Position numbers and translations under genes: made by a program
Shown here: in pieces, positions 44,499-55,581 of the stretch
How the letters are laid out: each line of letters opens with the position of its first letter
Position numbering within the stretch: the first letter of the stretch is position 1
The notes under the pieces: generated by a model
Seen by the model: the letters and a program-made list of their open reading frames with translations, nothing else
Told to the model about the DNA's origin: nothing
Database searches by the model: none
UHGV virus genome: UHGV-0351052
DNA length: 64,000 nt
Origin: a virus
Direction: 5' to 3' (one strand)

Positions 44499-44506
44499 TA
44501 TAAATA
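44499..44506 (+). promoter_or_regulatory. late promoter TATAAATA for gene 36
   Basis: exact TATAAATA 24 nt upstream of gene 36 ATG. Confidence 0.5.
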
Positions 44507-44529
44507 ATATTAAAATAAAGGGGCATACA

Positions 44530-45180
44530 ATGGCTGATTTAAAAGTAGGTTCAACTGTAGGTGGATCTGTCATTTGGCATCAAGGAAATTTTCCGTTGAA
44601 TTCAGCCGGTGACGATGTACTCTACAAATCATTTAAAATATATTCAGAATATAATAAACCACAGGCATCTGATAATGATTTCGTTTCTAAATCTACTGGT
44701 GGTACTTACACTGGTCCAATTACTATTAATTACGGGGTAAATAGTTATCTTCAATTAAGTAATAATGAAACCCCAATTCGAATTCGTTCCGGTGGCGGTA
44801 CCGGTAATACTCTTGTAATTGGCGGCTCTTCTGGCGGTATTAGTTTTAGACCTGCGGGTAGTGAAATCACTACTGGACAAATTACTATTACGCCAGAAGG
44901 TTTGACAACATTTACTAGGGCTGTAACGGCTCCATCTGTAACTGTTACATCTACTCCTTCCGCAGCATCAGATGCTACTCGTAAAGATTATGTTGATGGA
45001 GCAATAAATACTGTTACAGCAAATGCAAACTCTAGGGTATTACGCTCTGGAGACACTATGACAGGAAATTTAACTGCGCCAAACCTTTTTTCACAGAATC
45101 CTGCATCTCAACCTTCACACGTTCCACGATTTGACCAAATCGTAATTAAGGATTCTGTTCAAGATTTCGGCTATTATTAA
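44530..45180 (+). CDS. 36: long tail fibre distal connector gp36
   Basis: 216 aa; synteny. Confidence 0.85.
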   Translation: MADLKVGSTVGGSVIWHQGNFPLNSAGDDVLYKSFKIYSEYNKPQASDNDFVSKSTGGTYTGPITINYGVNSYLQLSNNETPIRIRSGGGTGNTLVIGGSSGGISFRPAGSEITTGQITITPEGLTTFTRAVTAPSVTVTSTPSAASDATRKDYVDGAINTVTANANSRVLRSGDTMTGNLTAPNLFSQNPASQPSHVPRFDQIVIKDSVQDFGYY

Positions 45181-45188
45181 GAGGACTT

Positions 45189-48100
45189 ATGGCTACTTTA
45201 AAACAAATACAATTTAAAAGAAGCAAAACTGCAGGTCAACTTCCTGCTGCTTCAGTATTAGCCGAAGGTGAATTGGCTATTAATTTAAAAGATAAAACAA
45301 TTTTCACAAAAGATGACTCAGGCAATGTTATAGAATTAGGTTTAAAATATGGAGGAACAATTGATGGTTCTTTAACTGTTAATGGAAATATAATTGGAAA
45401 TTTAACAGGTAACGCTGCAACTGCAACGAAATTAAAAACAGCACGAAAAATTAATGGTATATCCTTTGATGGGTCAAAGGATATCACGCTAACTCCATCT
45501 GACATAAATGTCAATAGCACAACATTTATAAAAAATAATGGCGAATTACCTGTTGATGCTAATTTAGATGAGTATGGGCCTGTTGAAGAATATCTTGGAG
45601 TTTGGTCGAAAGCAACTTCAACCAACGCTCAACCAGCAAATAAATTTCCAGAACAAAATGCTGTAGGTGTGCTAGAAGTATTTGTGGCCGGTCAATTTGC
45701 TGGTACTCAGAGATATACAACTAGATACGGAAATGTTTATATTCGTTCCTTGACTGCTACATGGAACGGAGTAAATGGTCCGTGGAGTGTGTGGCGAAAT
45801 ATTCAATCCGGTACTCGTTCACTGTCAACAACAATTGATCTTAATGATCTAGGAGGCGCTGAACACTTGGGTTTGTGGCGAAATAGTTCAAATTCCATTG
45901 CTACCTTTGACAGAAATTTCCCAGAAGAAGGATCGTCAGCTCAAGGACTTTTAGAAGTATATGAAGGTGGAAACTATTCTCGCACACAGAGATATACGAC
46001 CAGATTTGGTGTTGTTTATACTCGCTGTCTTACTGCTGCGTGGGATGCTTCTGCGCCTAAATGGGGACCGTGGCAACAAGTCGGTAATGTCACACCAGCG
46101 ACTTTTTATGATGGAGATCTGAATGATTTTAAAACTCCTGGGTTATATAATATTTTAGGCACTGATGCCGTTATTAACTGTCCTACAGGTGAAGGTTTGC
46201 CGACTGTTATTGTTGGTTTGCTGGAAGTTAAACAGCGTGCTTCTGGCGGTGCTATTTTCCAAAAATTTACTACTGCCGGAACGGGTTCAACTACTCGCGA
46301 TCGTATTTTTGAGCGCGCATATACCGGCGGTGTTTGGGGTACATGGAACGAAGTATACACATCCTATTCTCTACCAATTACTTTGGGTATGGGCGGTATT
46401 AAATCTAACTTAGCTGAGTTAGACTGGCAAACCTTTGATTTTGTCCCTGGTAGTATGTTTAGTGTTCCTTTGAACAAAATAAAGAATATGCCAGCAAATA
46501 TGGATTGGGGTACGATTGACGGAAACTTGGTTATGTTTTCTGTCGGTCCTAGCGAACACACTAGCACAGGGCGTACTGTTCAGGTTTGGCGTGGTACTGT
46601 ATCCCAGACAAACTACCGTTATTTTGTCGTTCGTGTGTTCGGTAATTCTGGAAATAGAACTTGTACAGTTCGACGCGTTGTTCTTGAAGATGGTCGCCAC
46701 AAATGGACAGCGCAACAAGATTTTAATGGTGCAGTTAACTTCGGTGCTCCTACCAATTTTAACTCTACTGTTAACCTTAATAACACTACCACATTTAAAA
46801 CAGAAGTTAAATTCCGCTCATTGAATGCATTTAAAATGTATGGTGGTAATTTTGGTACAATTTTCCGTAATGATGGTGAAAGTCTTTATATTCTTTCCAC
46901 CAACGAAAATGATCAAGATGGAAACTTTAACACCAATAGACCTTTCCGGTATCAGTTTAGAACTGGTGATGTTACTTTGGGTGGAACTAGTGGTGCTAAT
47001 ATTTTAAGATTAAAAAGTAGTTCTCTTGCTGCTACCTTTGGTGGTGATGTTAACTTAAGTAAAGGTACATTGACGTTTGAGGCGGGTGGTAAGCAATCAC
47101 GAGATTACTTCCGGTTTAACCATTGGGGTGATAGCAATAACGCTCGTGATAACATTATTCAGTTAGAAGACAGCAAAGGCGCTCATTTTTCCACTGAACG
47201 TACTTTAGCGACAGGTGCAATTAAAACTCGTTTCTTTGGCGAAACATTCACTGATGGTACATTATACCTAAATCAGATGAATAATAGCTCTGAACGATTC
47301 TCTATCAACAATTGGGGAAATTCAGAAGCTGGACGCGCGGCAGTATTGGAAGTCGGCGATTCCAAAGGTTATCACTTCTATACGGAACGCAGGACAGATA
47401 ACAGTTTGATGTTTGATGTTGCTGGCGCTTTTACTGTGCATGGACCTTCCGGGATTACTATCAAAAACTCAGCTGGCGCACGCCATATCTGGTTTAGAGA
47501 TGATAGCGATGCAGAAAAGGCTGTTATCTGGGCTACAGATGATGGTCTTTTACATATACGAAATAATAATGGGGGTTCATTTAGTCATCACTTCCAGGGT
47601 GCAATGATTAAAGTGGGAGAGCGTGTTCCTTATGCCGGAGATCGAGGGCTTATTCGCGGTGAAGTTTCTGGTGGTGCTTATGTGGATTGGAGAGGCCGCC
47701 CTGCTGGTTTGTTGCTTGACTGTCAACAAAGCGTTAATAGTGCTCATGCTATTTGGAAAGCGGTTGATTGGGGGCGTAACTACATCGCTGCTCTGGACGT
47801 TCATTGTCCCGGCGATAGTAATAATACTGCAGCAGCGGTTCTCCATGTTCAGTCTGCTGATTATCAATTCCATGCAAATGGGAGCTTTGATGCCAGTGGC
47901 AACGGAAACTTTAACGATGTTTATATTCGATCAGACCGTCGCCTTAAAGACAATATAGAAGATTATACCGGAAATGCGTTAAGTTTGATTGGTAAACTGA
48001 AAGTGAAAACTTACGATAAAGTTAAATCTCTTAAGGACCGTGAAATTATCGGTCATGAGATCGGCATTATCGCACAGGATTTACAAGAAATATTACCAGA

Positions 48101-48284
48101 AGCGATTAATATTTCGAAAATTGGCAATCTTGATAAACCAGACGAAGTTCTGACAATTTCTAACTCTGCTGTGAATGCTCTTTTAATTAAGGCCATTCAG
48201 GAAATGAGTGAAGAAATTAAAGAATTGAAAACGCCTTTCTTCACTAAAATTGCTCGCAAAATTGGTAAATATTTTAAATTCTAA
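45189..48284 (+). CDS. 37: long tail fibre distal subunit gp37 with C-terminal intramolecular-chaperone-like domain
   Basis: 1031 aa; C-terminal ~110 aa (..[13 protein letters not shown]..) resembles autocleaving IMC domains. Confidence 0.95.
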   Translation: MATLKQIQFKRSKTAGQLPAASVLAEGELAINLKDKTIFTKDDSGNVIELGLKYGGTIDGSLTVNGNIIGNLTGNAATATKLKTARKINGISFDGSKDITLTPSDINVNSTTFIKNNGELPVDANLDEYGPVEEYLGVWSKATSTNAQPANKFPEQNAVGVLEVFVAGQFAGTQRYTTRYGNVYIRSLTATWNGVNGPWSVWRNIQSGTRSLSTTIDLNDLGGAEHLGLWRNSSNSIATFDRNFPEEGSSAQGLLEVYEGGNYSRTQRYTTRFGVVYTRCLTAAWDASAPKWGPWQQVGNVTPATFYDGDLNDFKTPGLYNILGTDAVINCPTGEGLPTVIVGLLEVKQRASGGAIFQKFTTAGTGSTTRDRIFERAYTGGVWGTWNEVYTSYSLPITLGMGGIKSNLAELDWQTFDFVPGSMFSVPLNKIKNMPANMDWGTIDGNLVMFSVGPSEHTSTGRTVQVWRGTVSQTNYRYFVVRVFGNSGNRTCTVRRVVLEDGRHKWTAQQDFNGAVNFGAPTNFNSTVNLNNTTTFKTEVKFRSLNAFKMYGGNFGTIFRNDGESLYILSTNENDQDGNFNTNRPFRYQFRTGDVTLGGTSGANILRLKSSSLAATFGGDVNLSKGTLTFEAGGKQSRDYFRFNHWGDSNNARDNIIQLEDSKGAHFSTERTLATGAIKTRFFGETFTDGTLYLNQMNNSSERFSINNWGNSEAGRAAVLEVGDSKGYHFYTERRTDNSLMFDVAGAFTVHGPSGITIKNSAGARHIWFRDDSDAEKAVIWATDDGLLHIRNNNGGSFSHHFQGAMIKVGERVPYAGDRGLIRGEVSGGAYVDWRGRPAGLLLDCQQSVNSAHAIWKAVDWGRNYIAALDVHCPGDSNNTAAAVLHVQSADYQFHANGSFDASGNGNFNDVYIRSDRRLKDNIEDYTGNALSLIGKLKVKTYDKVKSLKDREIIGHEIGIIAQDLQEILPEAINISKIGNLDKPDEVLTISNSAVNALLIKAIQEMSEEIKELKTPFFTKIARKIGKYFKF

Positions 48285-48288
48285 CAAC

Positions 48289-48308
48289 AAGGGGGAAATT
48301 TCCCCCTT
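48289..48308 (+). other. perfect 20-bp palindrome AAGGGGGAAATTTCCCCCTT between genes 37 and 38
   Basis: hairpin-forming palindrome; short T-tract only. Confidence 0.4.
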
Positions 48309-48321
48309 TGGAGTATAAATT

Positions 48322-49104
48322 ATGGCAGTAGTTGGAGTTCCTGGCTGGATTGGAAGTTCAGCCGTAAATGAAACGGGACAGCGCTGGATGAGTCAAGCGG
48401 CTGGTCAACTAAGATTGGGTGTTCCTTGCTGGATGAGTCAATTTTCAGGTCGCTCGCGAGAAATTATTCATACACTTGGCGCAGACCATAACTTCAATGG
48501 TCAATGGTTCCGTGATAGATGCTTTGAGGCGGGTAGTACACCTATAGTGTTTAATATTACAGGTGATTTAGTATCATATTCTAAAGATGTTCCTTTATTC
48601 TTCATGTACGGGGATACACCTAATGAATATGTTCAGTTAAATATACACGGCGTAACGATGTATGGTCGTGGTGGTAATGGCGGTAGCAATGGTCCTGGCT
48701 CATCTGGTGGTCATTGTATTCAAAATGATATTGGTGGAAGACTAAGAATTAATAATGGAGGTGCTATCGCAGGCGGTGGCGGTGGTGGCGGTGGTGGGTA
48801 TTATTCTCCCACGAAACCAATGAAATTAACCTTTGGTGGTGGTGGCGGTCGTCCGTTTGGTGCTGCTGGTGGATCTGCCAACATGCAATCAGGCGCAACT
48901 GCTGGTACTCTTTATGCGCCTGGCGCAGGGTCTGTAAACGGTGTCTATAGCGGCGGTGGCGGTGGTGAGGTAGGCGCCGCAGGAGGTAGATGCAATATTC
49001 GCGGTCAAGGATCTGAATATAATGGCGGCGCTGCTGGTTATGCTGTCATAGGGTCCGCTCCAACATGGCAAAATGTTGGAGCAATATATGGTCCAAGAGT
49101 ATAA
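48322..49104 (+). CDS. 38: T2-type gp38 receptor-binding adhesin with glycine-rich motifs
   Basis: 260 aa; conserved N-terminus [15 protein letters not shown]; poly-Gly tracts GGGGGGGGG separating variable segments. Confidence 0.85.
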   Translation: MAVVGVPGWIGSSAVNETGQRWMSQAAGQLRLGVPCWMSQFSGRSREIIHTLGADHNFNGQWFRDRCFEAGSTPIVFNITGDLVSYSKDVPLFFMYGDTPNEYVQLNIHGVTMYGRGGNGGSNGPGSSGGHCIQNDIGGRLRINNGGAIAGGGGGGGGGYYSPTKPMKLTFGGGGGRPFGAAGGSANMQSGATAGTLYAPGAGSVNGVYSGGGGGEVGAAGGRCNIRGQGSEYNGGAAGYAVIGSAPTWQNVGAIYGPRV

Positions 49105-49134
49105 TTTGAATAAATATCCTTAAAAGGAGGGTCT

Positions 49135-49791
49135 ATGGCAGCACCTAGAATATCATTTTCGCCCTCTGATATTCTGTTGGGTGTTCTAGATCGCTTGTTC
49201 AAAGATAATGCTACCGGGAAAGTTCTTGCTTCCCGGGTAGCTGTCGTAATTCTTTTGTTTATAATGGCGATTGTTTGGTATAGGGGAGATAGTTTCTTTG
49301 AGTACTATAAGCAATCAAAGTATGAAACATACCGTGAAATTGTTGAAAAGGAAAGAAATGCACGCTTTGAATCTGTCGCCCTGGAACAACTCCAGATAGT
49401 TCATATATCATCTGAGGCAGACTTTAGTGCGGTGTATTCTTTCCGCCCTAAAAACTTAAACTATTTTGTTGATATTATAGCATATGAAGGAAGATTACCT
49501 TCAACAATAACTGAAAAATCACTTGGAGGATATCCTGTTGATAAAACTATGGATGAATATACAGTTCATTTAAATGGACGCCATTATTATTCCAACTCAA
49601 AATTTGCTTTTTTACCAACTAAAAAGCCTACTCCCGAAATAAACTACATGTACAGTTGTCCATATTTTAATTTGGATAATATCTATGCTGGAACAATAAC
49701 TATGTACTGGTATAGAAATGATCATATAAGTAATGACCGCCTTGAATCAATATGTGCTCAGGCGGCCAGAATATTAGGAAGGGCTAAATAA
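49135..49791 (+). CDS. t: holin T
   Basis: 218 aa; matches T4 holin as recalled. Confidence 0.95.
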   Translation: MAAPRISFSPSDILLGVLDRLFKDNATGKVLASRVAVVILLFIMAIVWYRGDSFFEYYKQSKYETYREIVEKERNARFESVALEQLQIVHISSEADFSAVYSFRPKNLNYFVDIIAYEGRLPSTITEKSLGGYPVDKTMDEYTVHLNGRHYYSNSKFAFLPTKKPTPEINYMYSCPYFNLDNIYAGTITMYWYRNDHISNDRLESICAQAARILGRAK

Positions 49792-50064
49792 TTATTTGTT
49801 CGTATACATCTCTAGATACCGATATACACCCTCAAAACCCTCGTTGAATTCGTCGATGAGGGTTTTCTTATCTTCTTGAGTTAATTCAGAAACAATTTTA
49901 CGGAATGAATTCTGATTTAACTTTCTACCTTCATGCGTTACTCCAATCTCATTCAGAAATGCAATAAAATTAGCACGATTCTCAACAATATCTTCTCTGG
50001 AAAATTTAATCAAAATAGACGCAACAGTAATAATTTCACGAACTGTATCAATATTTTTATTCAT
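49792..50064 (-). CDS. asiA: AsiA anti-sigma70 factor
   Basis: 90 aa; matches T4 AsiA as recalled. Confidence 0.95.
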   Translation of the reverse strand: MNKNIDTVREIITVASILIKFSREDIVENRANFIAFLNEIGVTHEGRKLNQNSFRKIVSELTQEDKKTLIDEFNEGFEGVYRYLEMYTNK

Positions 50065-50076
50065 TAACTATACCAC

Positions 50077-50229
50077 TCAATTAGTTGACTTTGTTATAAT
50101 ATCATCAGACGCTTGATTTGTAAACTGGTCTGTGTTATTTTCTTCAAAAATTTTTTCTACGAATTCCTTGAACGATTCACGTTCCTGAGCTACATTATGC
50201 TCGATTACTTTTTCAAGATTATGACTCAT
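50077..50229 (-). CDS. hypothetical small acidic protein (50 aa)
   Basis: hand-translated ORF MSHNLEKVIEHN...; ATGA overlap with upstream gene; below track size cut-off. Confidence 0.35.
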   Translation of the reverse strand: MSHNLEKVIEHNVAQERESFKEFVEKIFEENNTDQFTNQASDDIITKSTN

Positions 50230-50504
50230 TCGAAATAATCTTCAATTTCATAATCATGGACATAAATCATTATAGTTTTTAATACATCATCAATACTTTT
50301 TCCTGGAGCTGGAATTACGTAGAAATGTCCCGCCTTTGAGCTATCTTTATAAGTTCCAATCAAGAAATCATTATTCTCGCGATGCAGTTCTTCAACTAAT
50401 TCATTAACAATTGAGTGGTATAAATTTGGTAGAAACTTATATAGCTTTTCTAGAATATCAATTTTGATTGTGTATTGAACCACAGATTGAGAATTAATAA
50501 TCAT
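50226..50504 (-). CDS. arn: Arn anti-restriction nuclease (McrBC inhibitor)-like protein
   Basis: 92 aa; position between asiA and motA as in T4. Confidence 0.65.
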   Translation of the reverse strand: MIINSQSVVQYTIKIDILEKLYKFLPNLYHSIVNELVEELHRENNDFLIGTYKDSSKAGHFYVIPAPGKSIDDVLKTIMIYVHDYEIEDYFE

Positions 50505-50587
50505 AGACCTTCCCCTTATGTTTCTGTTTGCGATTAGATTCTTTAAACGCTTTCTTTTTATCTTTATGGACAGAAGCTTTATTAAAA

Positions 50588-50806
50588 TTATGTTTTGCGA
50601 CTAAATTGTTCATAGTGCTGAATTACCTCTCTTAAACATTTGCATGTGAATGAAAACTTTTTAGCTACACCACATTCAAATATATGTTCTCTTAAATCGC
50701 GTGTGTCAGTATATCCCATCTCAACAATAAAATGTCGTATTAGATTTTTATCTTTATCATTGAGAGAATTAAAATAATCGGATTTTGAATTAATTTCCCT
50801 GGCCAA
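50588..50806 (-). CDS. hypothetical protein (72 aa)
   Basis: ORF. Confidence 0.55.
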   Translation of the reverse strand: MAREINSKSDYFNSLNDKDKNLIRHFIVEMGYTDTRDLREHIFECGVAKKFSFTCKCLREVIQHYEQFSRKT

Positions 50807-51086
50807 ATTGAATAACCTTTAGTTGACGTTTTAGTTCTTTTATCATTTCTTCGTTCATCGCAATATAAAGATCGCGTAAAGCAGGTTTTAGCATTCCATT
50901 TACTGGAGAACTAAATGGGCACACATAATCTTTTCCTACGAGCTTTTTAGTGAATTCCATATTACAGAACTGAAATGCCGGTTCATTGACATAAATTCCC
51001 CATTTTGTTGACATCATTTTATTGGCATATTCCAGTGCCTTAATTTGATTCGTAATTCCGTCAATTTGAAACTTTTTAATATTCAT
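50790..51086 (-). CDS. hypothetical protein (98 aa)
   Basis: ORF. Confidence 0.55.
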   Translation of the reverse strand: MNIKKFQIDGITNQIKALEYANKMMSTKWGIYVNEPAFQFCNMEFTKKLVGKDYVCPFSSPVNGMLKPALRDLYIAMNEEMIKELKRQLKVIQFGQGN

Positions 51087-51547
51087 TAGTAAAGGTCCTC
51101 AGAGTAAAGTTCTTTTTCACTACCACCGCGTTCAATACGTACTTGTCCAGCATAAGTTGCAATAATCATTGCTTCTTCGCGTGTCCAATAATTACTATAT
51201 TGGTCAATAAACCCTTGGTCATCATCACAAACTTGCTGAGTAACTAATTGAGGTTTAACTACATCTAAAACTTCTGCCATATCTTTAGAATAATGACGAG
51301 CACCTGGAATAATAAGAGTTCGTCCATCTTTTAATTTAAAACGGTTGGCTGCGCAGACAATTCGTCGTTGATACTTTTGGTTTTCATCCCAATACGCAGT
51401 CTGCCAACAGATTTCAGGAACTTCTTTCAGAATATCTTCTTCTGTGCATTTATAACCATGTGCTTTAAATTTTTCAACAAGACTTTCTGGAGTTTCACGA
51501 GATAAAGGAACATTCAGCATTTTTAAACGATTAATAAATGGGTTCAT
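51086..51547 (-). CDS. hypothetical protein (153 aa)
   Basis: ORF. Confidence 0.6.
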   Translation of the reverse strand: MNPFINRLKMLNVPLSRETPESLVEKFKAHGYKCTEEDILKEVPEICWQTAYWDENQKYQRRIVCAANRFKLKDGRTLIIPGARHYSKDMAEVLDVVKPQLVTQQVCDDDQGFIDQYSNYWTREEAMIIATYAGQVRIERGGSEKELYSEDLY

Positions 51548-51888
51548 TTAAACCATCCTTTAATACGCTGCCACAAAGTTTTCTGTTGAGCTTTGTTAAC
51601 ACCAATTGAGCGAATAACTGGTTGAGATTCCTGGAATTCTTTATAATCAGCAAGGTAAATTTCGTAAGCCGATTGAACAAAGGTACTAATCGCTGCCATG
51701 AAGTTTTTACGTACACCGCCAGGAGCTACTCCGTTAGGTAATTCAGAATTTTCACGAATAATTAAATATAGCCCAGTTCTAACTTTAACAATAGTTCCAA
51801 GATAAGCTCCGTGGTACCAGATGTCCCACCCCTCTTGAGTGGGTTCTGCACAACGACGAAGTTCATTGATAATTTCTAACTTGTTCAT
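51544..51888 (-). CDS. hypothetical protein (114 aa)
   Basis: ORF. Confidence 0.6.
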   Translation of the reverse strand: MNKLEIINELRRCAEPTQEGWDIWYHGAYLGTIVKVRTGLYLIIRENSELPNGVAPGGVRKNFMAAISTFVQSAYEIYLADYKEFQESQPVIRSIGVNKAQQKTLWQRIKGWFK

Positions 51889-51898
51889 TATTTATTCC

Positions 51899-52534
51899 TC
51901 ACAGTTCAGACGCTACGGTGATTACTGCTTCAATGTTTTCTGCCGAGCGTTTAATGTCAAGATACACATTACCGTTTTTAGCGATTTTACATGACATTCC
52001 GATGTCAGTAAATTTCTGAATATGATGTTCCATCATTTTGTATCCAAAAATTCGCATATTTCCATTGTTGTTAATTTCAAAATTGCGAATTCCGTGAGTG
52101 CGTTTTTCTAAAATAGCAAGATAGTTACTACGATAAGTTTCAACCTTTTTAAGAACAAATCCATTTTCATCTAAAAGTTTTAACATGAAGTCTTTATCTT
52201 CTTCCATATCGGAAGTAATCTCGCGAGCTTTACGAGTTGCTCGTTTTTTCAGCAGTTCCGGAGCATTTTCCTGTGCGTATAAAGTTGCTGCATTTGAAAT
52301 AATATCCTGAGCTTCACCAGTAATGATTAATCCATCACCAGATTTCTCCACCAGGCCTTTTTTAATCAATACCCCAATATTACTATTAACTACTGCATTA
52401 CCTAAATCTGGATGCACCTCACGAACTTCTGCAGCTGTAATGAAATCTTTCTTAGCAATAGTAATTAAAATCGCAGCAGTTTTTTCGTTCAGAACATCGT
52501 TAGAAGCTTTGATGATGTAAGTTACTTTAGACAT
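51899..52534 (-). CDS. motA: MotA middle-transcription activator
   Basis: 211 aa; matches T4 MotA as recalled. Confidence 0.95.
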   Translation of the reverse strand: MSKVTYIIKASNDVLNEKTAAILITIAKKDFITAAEVREVHPDLGNAVVNSNIGVLIKKGLVEKSGDGLIITGEAQDIISNAATLYAQENAPELLKKRATRKAREITSDMEEDKDFMLKLLDENGFVLKKVETYRSNYLAILEKRTHGIRNFEINNNGNMRIFGYKMMEHHIQKFTDIGMSCKIAKNGNVYLDIKRSAENIEAVITVASEL

Positions 52535-52575
52535 TTTCTAATCTCCGTAATTCTGTATCAGTAGTTGATAGTTGT

Positions 52576-52605
52576 ATAGTACCACAGTATGCTTTGGTTG
52601 TAAAC
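52576..52605 (-). promoter_or_regulatory. sigma70-type early promoter upstream of motA (-35 GTTTACA, 17 bp, -10 TACTAT)
   Basis: repeated promoter family; shared leader ACAACTATCAAC. Confidence 0.55.
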
Positions 52606-52626
52606 CGTTTTGTGAAAAAATTTTGA

Positions 52627-52656
52627 AATAAAAAAGGGAGAGCCTCGGCTCTCCCT
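52627..52656 (-). terminator. rho-independent terminator (minus strand)
   Basis: GGGAGAGCC-TCG-GGCTCTCCC hairpin followed on minus strand by TTTTTTATTTC. Confidence 0.55.
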
Positions 52657-52660
52657 AAAA

Positions 52661-52864
52661 TTACTTCTCGATCGCGATAACTATCGTGATAATACGTTGA
52701 ATTCCGAACGCAAGAAGACCTCCTGCTACGGCTGAAACAACACCTAAACCCGCCAGTAAAATGCCACCAGATACTAATGCAGCGCTTGTAATACCTATGA
52801 ATGGACTCATTTGATTTCCTCTAAATCTTTGGTGTATTCTGTAACTACACCAGTAGTTTTCCAA
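52661..52864 (-). CDS. small membrane protein (Gly/Ala-rich TM segment)
   Basis: track ORF starts at TTG; likely true start is internal ATG (MSPFIGITSAAL...) overlapping gene 52 stop. Confidence 0.45.
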   Translation of the reverse strand: MENYWCSYRIHQRFRGNQMSPFIGITSAALVSGGILLAGLGVVSAVAGGLLAFGIQRIITIVIAIEK

Positions 52865-54135
52865 TATTCGTTTTCTTCTTTTTTAGCTTTAGCTTCTTCA
52901 GCAAGTTTCTTTGCTTCATCGGAGGTCATATGAAAAATATTCATTCCAACTAATTTATCAACATAAGAAGAATACATATCGATTTTCGAAAGTTCTTCGG
53001 TCAGTTCTTTACGAGTTTTACCCTGTACAACAATTTCACCTGAAATTACTTTCTTAATGAAATGTGCCTTGGCAAAGGCTAAACGAAAAGCTGACTCAGT
53101 TTCTTTAATTTTGTTATCAATTCGTTTTTGGACATAAGTTTTACGAACTTCAACGAAGTCTTTAATTAAATCAACTACGTTATCGTAAACTTGTAGCTTT
53201 CCTTTCTCATTAATGACAGTAATATTCTGAGAACGACGCTCAATCAGTCCGAAGTCTTTCATAATTTTTGCATGGCGTTCTTCTTCATTATCGCTCAAAG
53301 AGTATTCTTTTCGGAATTTAACTTTGAATCCAAAACCATGCTCACCACAAGCATCATCCCATGTAATGAAGCCTTTATCTTCAAGCGGGTCTAAGATTTT
53401 ACTCACATAAGTTTCACGATCATACTTATATGGAATCTCGGTGATATGCATTTGAGTTCGTGAAGTAAACTTATATGTTCCACGAATTTCATATTGCCCA
53501 TCAATTTCAACGACTTCACCACGAAATTCTGGGAATTCTACCTTCGGTTTAGTTACTTTCTTTCCTTGAAGAGCTTGCAATACAGCTTTCTTAACAGAAG
53601 AAACACTATGAGGAAGAATGTAAGTTGCATAACCAGTTGCAATACCGGAAACGCCATTAAGAAGAACAGTAGGAATAACAGGCAAATAGAAAGCAGGCGG
53701 AATGTGTTCTTTATCTTGATGTACCGGAGCATATTCAGTATCTTTATATACGTTATAGAAATTTTTACTTACACGAGCAAAAATATAACGACTTGCCGCT
53801 GCCTTTTGGACAGTACGAGAACCAAAGTTTCCTTGACCATCTAACAGAGGAAAGTTATTATTCCAAGTGTTCGCCATCAAAGCACCCGCATCTTGTGCAG
53901 AGTTTTCACCATGGTGATATCCAAGGTCCGCTACACCACCTGCGATAGAAGCGAGCTTATGAAACTTATCTTTATTTCCTCGTGCCAAATCAAGAGCTCG
54001 AGCAATAACAAATCGTTGAACTGGCTTAAATCCATCAATCATATTTGGAATGGCACGATTTTCAACCGTGTACATAGCATAAGCCAATGCTTCATTATCA
54101 ATGATACTTTTTAAATCACGATTATTCAGTTGCAT
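52807..54135 (-). CDS. 52: DNA topoisomerase II medium subunit gp52
   Basis: 442 aa; GyrA-like breakage-reunion domain; synteny. Confidence 0.95.
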   Translation of the reverse strand: MQLNNRDLKSIIDNEALAYAMYTVENRAIPNMIDGFKPVQRFVIARALDLARGNKDKFHKLASIAGGVADLGYHHGENSAQDAGALMANTWNNNFPLLDGQGNFGSRTVQKAAASRYIFARVSKNFYNVYKDTEYAPVHQDKEHIPPAFYLPVIPTVLLNGVSGIATGYATYILPHSVSSVKKAVLQALQGKKVTKPKVEFPEFRGEVVEIDGQYEIRGTYKFTSRTQMHITEIPYKYDRETYVSKILDPLEDKGFITWDDACGEHGFGFKVKFRKEYSLSDNEEERHAKIMKDFGLIERRSQNITVINEKGKLQVYDNVVDLIKDFVEVRKTYVQKRIDNKIKETESAFRLAFAKAHFIKKVISGEIVVQGKTRKELTEELSKIDMYSSYVDKLVGMNIFHMTSDEAKKLAEEAKAKKEENEYWKTTGVVTEYTKDLEEIK

Positions 54136-54139
54136 AAAT

Positions 54140-54280
54140 TTACCATACTAGTGAATGTAGTGCCATAATAACATCAGAAATGAAAAGCACGACTTGAATT
54201 AATCCGAACATTATTCCGTAATATAATGCTATCAATAAAATAGCAAGGGCTAATGAATAGCCCAAGATTTTCTTAATCAT
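54140..54280 (-). CDS. small hydrophobic membrane protein (46 aa)
   Basis: hand-translated ORF MIKKILGYSLALAILLIALYYG...; position of T4 ac region. Confidence 0.4.
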   Translation of the reverse strand: MIKKILGYSLALAILLIALYYGIMFGLIQVVLFISDVIMALHSLVW

Positions 54281-54431
54281 TAGTAGATAACAACACAAAT
54301 GTTAAACATGCACACATACCCTGGGCTAAAGCCTGTGAAAACACACTGCTAGAATCGATACAGATAGTTAAAACACATGCTACTATCCAACAAATAAATG
54401 AAATAACTCCTAATAATTTTGCGATATTCAT
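54273..54431 (-). CDS. small hydrophobic membrane protein (52 aa)
   Basis: hand-translated ORF MNIAKLLGVISFICWIVACVL...; candidate ac homolog. Confidence 0.4.
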   Translation of the reverse strand: MNIAKLLGVISFICWIVACVLTICIDSSSVFSQALAQGMCACLTFVLLSTND

Positions 54432-54438
54432 ATTTTCC

Positions 54439-54519
54439 TCACTGGCGTCCGAAGACGCCTTTGGTTTTAAGATTGTTACGATAGAACTGCATCACATGTT
54501 CGTTATGGAAATTACTCAT
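54439..54519 (-). CDS. stp: Stp peptide (26 aa), host anticodon-nuclease/restriction modulator
   Basis: hand translation [26 protein letters not shown] matches T4 Stp as recalled; start overlaps ndd stop. Confidence 0.75.
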
Positions 54520-54971
54520 TAATATGCCTGCAAAACAAATTTAAAGTTATCAGCCAACATACGGTTCATTTCTTCAAGTGTTTGATACTCAGAATGATGA
54601 TTACGAGTAAATGCCAAAGCTAACTGACCTTTACCAAATCCCGTCGTCAGAGGTTTCATCTTAGAAGCAGGCAAATAAAATACTGCGTATGGAACATTAT
54701 TATTTGCAATAGTGCGCGCGAGCTGAGACCGACGTTGACGAATATGACTTAGAACTGCACTGAATCCTTGTTTAGAACGCTGATTACCTACATAAAATCG
54801 TGCAGATACGCATGAACCATATGAACCATCGAATTCACTTACTAAAAAGTAAAATCCAGGTTTAGATAAAATATCTTTGTGTGGAGTTCCCAAAAACCAC
54901 TCACCACCCTTGATTGTACCAATAACAGTAGCGCCTGCGTTGTTCAGATCAGTAACAGTCATATATTTCAT
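54519..54971 (-). CDS. ndd: Ndd nucleoid disruption protein
   Basis: 150 aa from [13 protein letters not shown] (track ORF extends 16 codons upstream); matches T4 Ndd as recalled. Confidence 0.9.
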
Positions 54972-55031
54972 ATTAATTTCCTCTAAATTATTTTCTACTC
55001 CAAGGCCGCATGAATACACACGGCCATTAAA

Positions 55032-55247
55032 TTAATCGTCGCAGTCGACGCTCAATTCCCAAAACTCTTCTACAGTATAAGTTTCAGTATCATTTTCAAT
55101 ACAGAAACGTTCATTACTATTATTTTCTAAAGTAGCGTTAACTGTCGGTTTCTCGCTAGTGCTCTTAAGAGGTGAAATACGAATTAACTGATCACCGTTA
55201 TCTAAACAGAAAATTTCACCAACTTTTACATCTTTAAAAATTTTCAT
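55032..55247 (-). CDS. hypothetical protein (71 aa)
   Basis: ORF. Confidence 0.55.
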   Translation of the reverse strand: MKIFKDVKVGEIFCLDNGDQLIRISPLKSTSEKPTVNATLENNSNERFCIENDTETYTVEEFWELSVDCDD

Positions 55248-55362
55248 AATTCACCTCAAGGAGTATAAAATCCGAATGCAGTTGTTGACCATCCCATCCA
55301 ATATGGAAAATTTGCACCAATGTAAAACATAAGAATATAAAACCAACCGCTCAGCAAATTCA

Positions 55363-55581
55363 TCATTTTACACCGTTCCAAATTGTTTCAACCACGGGTT
55401 TTAAACCATTTTGATGAATATCCATTCCGACTACTGCCATCAAATAGATTCCAACTACAACTGAACCTAAGGCAAAAATCAGCATGAAAATGAATAAAGC
55501 CGGAAAAATATTATCGAAAAACCATTCAATAAATGTAAAAGCACTGCGTTTACGCTTCATATTTTCCTCACATAAATCCAA
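55363..55581 (-). CDS. small membrane protein
   Basis: track ORF from TTG; probable ATG start at 55560; two predicted TM helices. Confidence 0.45.
   Translation of the reverse strand: MDLCEENMKRKRSAFTFIEWFFDNIFPALFIFMLIFALGSVVVGIYLMAVVGMDIHQNGLKPVVETIWNGVK

Noticed and set aside
45236-47958. Multiple 60-130 aa ORFs in other frames or antisense within gene 37
   Set aside because: All lie inside the well-supported 1031-aa gp37 frame, with no independent start signals; typical shadow ORFs of a long gene.
48700-48990. GGT/GGC-rich tracts in gene 38 as slippage-prone low-complexity or frameshift sites
   Set aside because: The frame is maintained and the tracts encode the poly-Gly motifs expected of T2-type adhesins; no frameshift is needed for a full-length product.
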